Origin: an uncultured Pseudomonadales bacterium
Lineage (GTDB): Bacteria; Patescibacteriota; Microgenomatia; UBA1400; PJMF01
DNA: 64,000 nt
Assembly: GCA_964449995.1 (NCBI GenBank)
Contig: CAYVBW010000001.1
Span: forward strand, 1,618-65,617
Direction: 5' to 3'
Shown: positions 59,048 to 64,000 of the stretch, one piece after another
Layout: each line of letters starts with the position of its first letter
Numbering within the stretch: position 1 is the stretch's first letter
Notes under the pieces: generated by a model
Told to the model about the DNA's origin: nothing
Database searches by the model: none
Seen by the model: only the letters and a program-made list of their open reading frames with translations
Position numbers and translations under genes: made by a program

Positions 59048-59278
59048 ATGTTGCTGACTTTATAAAAAATACATAGTTAGATTGGAGTTTTAAAAACGTC
59101 CAATGACTGTTCTGCTCAAAATTGGCAGGATTTAAGGTTATGTGGGCAGGAAGTTGACTAGCTAAATTAAGATTTAACTAACCCGATTTGTGGGTTAACA
59201 ACATTCATATTTATATACATAGTTTTCCACAATGAAAAGAGGCAGTTTTTTAATAGTCTGGCCAGCTTTTTGAGTCAA
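59048..59278. promoter_or_regulatory. dnaA upstream region with additional DnaA-box-like sites (second oriC segment / dnaA autoregulation)
   Basis: TTTTCCACA 59223-59231 (8/9 to TTATCCACA); TGTGGGTTA 59189-59197. Confidence 0.45.
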
Positions 59279-61375
59279 CTAATTGTTGGGAGCCTGGTAG
59301 TCTTCAATTGAGTGCTGACCCTGTCTTTTGGTTTGTGCTGGTTGGGCTTGTGGTGTTTGTCGGACTGGTGGCTCTTGTGGACCTTGAGAGTCTGCGTTGT
59401 GCACCTGCTTATCTTTATATTGTTGTAGGTATTGTTTTAAAACTGGAGAGCTGGCTTGACTAGTATCATCTTCGTCGGAGGTTGTCTCTCTCTCTGCTTT
59501 TCTAGCAAACAACTCTCTGGGGTCGGTGGTGATTACCTGGTGTTCTTCGGGACTAGCTACCACCCTCAGAGCCACGTGGTTTTGTCCAGCAAAAAAGATT
59601 CCTTCGCCAATGTCGGCTGACACAAGTAGTTGGCGCTCACCCTGAGAGAGATAAAATGTGTCTGCCAGCACAGGAATTGAGGCAGATGATTGTCTCATGA
59701 GTAATTTAATTGAGGCATTGGAAACAATGGCCTTACCATATTGGTTGTGAAGAAAATCTTCAACATCTTGAGTTATTGTGGTGATGGCTAAATAGTATTT
59801 GCGAGCCCTCTTTGCCATGGAGTATACAAAACGAGCACTGTCGGGGTGTTGCATAAAATACCAGGCCTCGTCAATTACCAACAACCTTTTTTTAAAATCT
59901 TTTTTAATTTTTGTCCAAATAAAATCCAAAATAATATACATCGCAATCGGCCTAAGTTCATCCTCCATTTCTTTGACACTAAAAACAGTGAGGGGATTGT
60001 GGATGTCAACATTTGTTGGTTGATCCAAAATTCCTCTAAAAGAACCGGTAATAAATTTTTCTAGTCTGGCAGACAAGTTGTCTGCGTCAGCATTTTCCAT
60101 ACCGACTAAAGCCTTATACAAATCCTCCATTAGCGGAGGAACGTTGTTTTGCGTTGCAGGATCGGGGGTTATTCCCTTTGCTTTGTAGGTTGCAATAAGG
60201 GCTCTATCAAGTATCGCCTCTTGTTCTGCAGTCATTTCACCCAACATAACCTTTAGTAGACCATGTAGTGATAGAACCTTTTGACCCAACTCGTTGGATC
60301 CCTCTTCATAAATTTGTGACAAGTCAAAGGGATTAATTTTGGAGTTTCCATCAAAGGTAAAGTTAATGTATTCTCCACCCACCATTTGACACAATTCTTC
60401 GTATTCGTGTTCTGGGTCTAGCACAATAACTTCAGTGTCGAACATGAGTTGCCTTAGTATCTCCACCTTAACAGCATAGGACTTGCCAGCTCCAGATTTG
60501 GCCAAAATTAACATGTTGTAGCTCTCCATTTGAAACCTGTCAAAGATAACTAACGACTCGTTGTGTTCGTTAATTCCATAAAGAATTCCTTCATCCATCG
60601 TTAACTCCGATGAGGTGAAGGGAAAGGTAGTTGCCAGAGAGGTGGTATCCATGTTTCTCGTTATTTGAAGACGATCAACGCCCATAGGGAGTGTGGTTTT
60701 AAAGCCGTCGTCCATTTGTAGGGTTGCTTTTTTGGAAACTATTAACAAGGCTCCTAGGGTTGATTGGACGCTTTTGGTAATGCGATCCAGCTCTTTAACA
60801 GAGTTGGCGTTAATAGTAATATATAAACCAAATTGATAGAATCTCTCGGCTCCGGCTGCAAGTTGTTCGCGAATAGCTCTGGCATCGTTGAGCTTGATTT
60901 CGGTGCTGATGTTGCTTATTTTTCCAGCACGAATGTCCGACTGAACCTCTGCCTCCATTTCAGTAATTTTACGTTTTAGGCTATCTAAGATTTCACTGCT
61001 ATCCATGGGAAAAATAAACATAGATGTGTTGATTTGATGGGGGAAATTAATCAGGGGAGACAGCCAGTTTGCTGGAACCGATCGTGGATAGCCCGCTACA
61101 AAAAGAGTTCGAGAGTAGGATGAGTTAATTTTTTGAAAGGTAAAGTCAACCTCAATTGCTTCAGGGGCAATGATATCTTCAACCGTAACCAGCCCTCGCG
61201 AGAATTCTTTAATTTTTTCCAACTCATCTTGTCTTTGATCTTCTTCTGGTTTTGGCTTGTCTTTTTTTAAGAATGGTAAAGATAAATTTAGGTTCATGTT
61301 TTTGTATAGAAACTCATTATTTGATTTCAGGAATTGGCGGGGGTGGCTCTCCTCCTTCTTCGCCAATTTGAGCAT
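59279..61375 (-). CDS. VirB4/TrbE/PrgJ-family type IV secretion ATPase
   Basis: Walker A LILAKSGAGKSYAV and the family-diagnostic Walker B LLVIDEAWYF (DEAW); ~700 aa; annotated start overlaps upstream gene, true start may be MNLNLSLPF. Confidence 0.75.
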   Translation of the reverse strand: MLKLAKKEESHPRQFLKSNNEFLYKNMNLNLSLPFLKKDKPKPEEDQRQDELEKIKEFSRGLVTVEDIIAPEAIEVDFTFQKINSSYSRTLFVAGYPRSVPANWLSPLINFPHQINTSMFIFPMDSSEILDSLKRKITEMEAEVQSDIRAGKISNISTEIKLNDARAIREQLAAGAERFYQFGLYITINANSVKELDRITKSVQSTLGALLIVSKKATLQMDDGFKTTLPMGVDRLQITRNMDTTSLATTFPFTSSELTMDEGILYGINEHNESLVIFDRFQMESYNMLILAKSGAGKSYAVKVEILRQLMFDTEVIVLDPEHEYEELCQMVGGEYINFTFDGNSKINPFDLSQIYEEGSNELGQKVLSLHGLLKVMLGEMTAEQEAILDRALIATYKAKGITPDPATQNNVPPLMEDLYKALVGMENADADNLSARLEKFITGSFRGILDQPTNVDIHNPLTVFSVKEMEDELRPIAMYIILDFIWTKIKKDFKKRLLVIDEAWYFMQHPDSARFVYSMAKRARKYYLAITTITQDVEDFLHNQYGKAIVSNASIKLLMRQSSASIPVLADTFYLSQGERQLLVSADIGEGIFFAGQNHVALRVVASPEEHQVITTDPRELFARKAERETTSDEDDTSQASSPVLKQYLQQYKDKQVHNADSQGPQEPPVRQTPQAQPAQTKRQGQHSIEDYQAPNN

Positions 61376-62651
61376 TACCCTCTTCGTTTATATTGATATT
61401 GGGTTGCGTCGTTGTTGTTTTGGATTGGTCTTTGGCGCCAAAAACATTTATTTCTTTTAGTGCGCCGTTAACCACTTTTTGTACATCTGGGTCGGGATTT
61501 TTTGTTTCTTGATTTAGGTTGCTGGTTTTTGCTTTCGTGCTTGGACTTGTTGTGGAGTTGGTGTCTCTCTCGTTTGCTGAATTATTTTTCAACTCAGCAT
61601 TTTCTTGGGTGGGAGGAGCAAACTCAAAACCATCGATGTTTTCCTGGATGTTGGGTTGTTGTACTTCTTGCTGTTGAACTTGTGGGACCTGCTGTTGGGT
61701 TTGTATTACTTGCTCAACAGAGGGTGGCTGCATTTCAGAGAGTGGTTCCTTTGGTTGGGTTTGGATGGGTGGTGGCTCTACTTGGGTGGTTTGGCTAGTT
61801 CCAACTGCCTGTTGGGGCTGGGTTTCAGCATTAAGTACCACCCGCCCTTCTGAGCTTTGTGTTAAAAGCTCAGGTTTGTTTGTTTGAATCTCAACAGGAT
61901 TTGTTTGAGCTTGAGCTTGAGTCTGAGCTTGAGTTTGAGCCTGAACTCCTGTGCCAGACTCATCTTGCATTAGGCTTGCTTTTACCATCGCGGTTTGATA
62001 TTCGCTGCTGTCTGCCACACCAAAACCCTCGCTGGCCTCTGGATTATAGCTTGTATAAAAAACCTTAATTATTTCTTGGGTGGTGAGTTGTCTGGAATAA
62101 AGACCAATTCGCGCAAATTGTGAGATAAGATGGTCTCTTCTTGGTTCTAAAATTGATTGGGCTTTGTCTACAATTAGTGGTTTTTCATATTTGTTGATAT
62201 CAAAATCACCCCTGCCTGGAATGACACTATCAACACTAAGCAAACCTAGTTCTAGGGGTGTTGCTGGCACTGAAACATAAAAATTTTTATCCAACACGTT
62301 TCTTTCTTGAATTAAGTTGGTTACAAATCCACGATAACGGGCAATTCTTTCTTTTTTTTGAGTTGATTGAGACTCTTCTTCTTTTTGTTTGAGTAGGTTT
62401 AGGTAGTTGGTTACGTCTTTTGTTTGAGATTGAATTACAATTTGAATTGGATAATTTAAAGAGTTGAGGAGGGCTGCGTAGGTGTAAATTATGGCATCTT
62501 GCTCTTCTTCAGCAAGAAGGCCAAAGTTCATAGCCCCTACAGTAAGAATAAAGCAGGTGGTGCCGTCTTTTAAAATAACAAGGTCATTGGTTATGTCGTG
62601 TATCTCAAGAAATTCTTGTGCGGTGGCTTTGGTTTCGGATCGAGCAGACAT
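61317..62651 (-). CDS. T4SS-associated hypothetical protein: ~230-aa folded N-domain + Gln/Thr/Pro-rich disordered C-terminal half
   Basis: Sits between PrgI-like and VirB4-like genes; (QAQT)n encoded by tandem GCTTGA/GTCTGA hexamers at ~61905-61950. Confidence 0.45.
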   Translation of the reverse strand: MSARSETKATAQEFLEIHDITNDLVILKDGTTCFILTVGAMNFGLLAEEEQDAIIYTYAALLNSLNYPIQIVIQSQTKDVTNYLNLLKQKEEESQSTQKKERIARYRGFVTNLIQERNVLDKNFYVSVPATPLELGLLSVDSVIPGRGDFDINKYEKPLIVDKAQSILEPRRDHLISQFARIGLYSRQLTTQEIIKVFYTSYNPEASEGFGVADSSEYQTAMVKASLMQDESGTGVQAQTQAQTQAQAQTNPVEIQTNKPELLTQSSEGRVVLNAETQPQQAVGTSQTTQVEPPPIQTQPKEPLSEMQPPSVEQVIQTQQQVPQVQQQEVQQPNIQENIDGFEFAPPTQENAELKNNSANERDTNSTTSPSTKAKTSNLNQETKNPDPDVQKVVNGALKEINVFGAKDQSKTTTTQPNININEEGNAQIGEEGGEPPPPIPEIK

Positions 62652-62778
62652 ACCAAATAGTATAAATCAATTATTGTTGATTAACAAACCAGACTCTAAA
62701 ACTAAAAAACAATTTATAGCTTTTAACTGTTTTCTAAAATAATTTCGCGATAAACAAGAATTCTTAAGCAAATAAAAA

Positions 62779-63801
62779 TTAAACTTTAGAACTAATTTCT
62801 ATTGGGTCAATAATTTTGCCAGACAACTCTATTTTTTGGGAGTCAAACTCCAGTCCGTCCTTTTTAATATTTAAAAGATATTCACCATTGCTGAGTTGTT
62901 GGGAGATGTTGAACTGTCCCAAGGAGTTGCTTTTAACAGCGGTAATTGTTTGTCCTTGGGCATTTTGCACCTCTATTAAGGCTCCACCAACCAACTCTTT
63001 GTTGGGAGTAACAACCATTCCCACTAGTCGATTAGGGTGGGTGGGTTTGCTGGGAAAAGGAAGGTCTTGGTTTTGGCTAGCTGTTTTGATTGATTCATCT
63101 GGGTTTTGATCAGTTTGGGGATTGTTTTTTTTAGGGCTGGGTTTAAGAGCTTCGGACGTATTGGCGAGTTGAATATTTTGACTAAGAGTTGACTCCTGTT
63201 TTGCAACTGGTGGCGCTGAAAAAACCACTGCATCGGTGGGTGCGGGCTTAATTTTTCTGGCCCTTACTTGTAGGTTGGGCTTGGTGGCTTTTCGAACAGG
63301 GTTTTGTTCAACTTGAACTTGTTGAAAATTTTGTAGTATTTGATTTACGCGTTGATCTTGGGTTAAGTCAAACTCATCTTTGTTGTCCGTGGTTGGTTCT
63401 ACTGATTTTAAAAATTGTTGGATTTTATCTCTTTTAATATGAGAGGTGTCAATTTCTGTAGTGGGGGTGGTGTCTTGTTCTCCGGTTTTGTGCTGAAACG
63501 CATCTGGGACTTTGGGTTTTTTTTGCCAATAAAATTTAGTTGGTTTATATAGGGTTTTGATGAAGGTAATAATCCAGTGGTCTAGGGGTCTTTCTTCAAT
63601 GGGTACAAAAGCAGCTGCAAAACCAAGTGCAAAAAAAGTTATAGATAAGGGCCACTTTATAAAATCCGGCAGATTGGTTTTGTAAAAAACAAAAGCAACA
63701 ATGGTTCCAAGCAATATCATGGCAAACTGCTTAAGGGTCATGTTGCCTATTAGGTGAAACCTATAGCCGGTGATGTCTTGTGGTATCGGGTGTTCTCTCA
63801 T
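62779..63801 (-). CDS. PrgI-family (VirB3-like) two-TM protein with long C-terminal extracellular extension (Ig/carboxypeptidase-regulatory-like beta domain)
   Basis: N-terminus HPIPQDITGYRFHLIGNMTLKQFAMILLG matches PrgI-family IPKDI..Y..K.IGPFT.RQ signature followed by two TM helices; C-terminal GEYLLNIKKDGLEF beta-rich region. Confidence 0.55.
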   Translation of the reverse strand: MREHPIPQDITGYRFHLIGNMTLKQFAMILLGTIVAFVFYKTNLPDFIKWPLSITFFALGFAAAFVPIEERPLDHWIITFIKTLYKPTKFYWQKKPKVPDAFQHKTGEQDTTPTTEIDTSHIKRDKIQQFLKSVEPTTDNKDEFDLTQDQRVNQILQNFQQVQVEQNPVRKATKPNLQVRARKIKPAPTDAVVFSAPPVAKQESTLSQNIQLANTSEALKPSPKKNNPQTDQNPDESIKTASQNQDLPFPSKPTHPNRLVGMVVTPNKELVGGALIEVQNAQGQTITAVKSNSLGQFNISQQLSNGEYLLNIKKDGLEFDSQKIELSGKIIDPIEISSKV

Positions 63802-63857
63802 GCAGGGTTAGTATTTTTTGACAATCTTTAAGGCGATGTTTAATTTATATGGTATTA

Positions 63858-64000
63858 GTTTCTATCTTCTATGGCAATTGCTGGAGTGATTAATACACCC
63901 TCAAACTTTTGGTTGTTTTTATCAATAAAGTTTCCCTCAAACCTATAACAGGGGTAGATGAGATTTAGTGCGGGGTCAATTCTATATTCTAAGTTGGTCG
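63858..64000 (-). CDS. 3' end of a minus-strand gene continuing beyond the window (..YRIDPALNLIYPCYRFEGNFIDKNNQKFEGVLITPAIAIEDRN*)
   Basis: Open frame to window edge, stop at ~63858; upstream of PrgI-like gene so possibly another T4SS component. Confidence 0.35.

Noticed and set aside
59138-59146. TTATGTGGG upstream of dnaA as a DnaA box
   Set aside because: In either orientation it matches the TTATCCACA consensus at only 5-6 of 9 positions. Only TTTTCCACA (59223-59231) and TGTGGGTTA were retained as candidates.
1-64000. CRISPR arrays, transposases, integrases, prophage
   Set aside because: I found no regularly spaced direct repeats of 25-40 nt with unique spacers. No DDE, serine or tyrosine recombinase motifs were recognised in any ORF, and there are no phage structural gene signatures.

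Overview
This AT-rich, gene-dense window is bacterial and holds the chromosomal replication origin neighbourhood, with the conserved run rpmH-rnpA-yidD-yidC-jag-rnhA beside dnaA-dnaN and DnaA-box clusters flanking dnaA. The origin is embedded in unusual accessory content. Housekeeping genes I can support include the 23S rRNA 5' end with tRNA-Ala, ribosomal protein S1, pgk, a MacAB-like ABC efflux trio, pth, an ATP-dependent DNA ligase, recF, an ECF sigma factor, valS, L25/Ctc, and a tRNA with an UAU anticodon. Several features fit a Candidate Phyla Radiation / Patescibacteria-like organism, though this is inference only: a type IV secretion (T4SS)-like gene set, many cysteine-rich or low-complexity surface proteins, the ATP-dependent ligase, and a mevalonate operon. 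Noteworthy systems: (i) the T4SS-like set lies directly next to oriC and comprises a PrgI/VirB3-like gene, a 444-aa protein and a VirB4-like ATPase with a DEAW Walker B motif; (ii) seven tandem paralogous genes encode two-TM VirB2/TrbC-like pilin-type proteins (36.3-39.8 kb), and a VirD4-like coupling ATPase sits at 20.9-23.2 kb; (iii) a multi-hairpin intergenic repeat family with conserved termini occurs in at least five copies; (iv) a tight operon encodes an archaeal-type upper mevalonate pathway (HMG-CoA reductase, HMG-CoA synthase, thiolase, DUF35 partner) together with type-1 IDI, isopentenyl phosphate kinase and UppS; (v) a 1711-aa DUF2341/LamG-repeat surface giant. I found no CRISPR array and no transposase.
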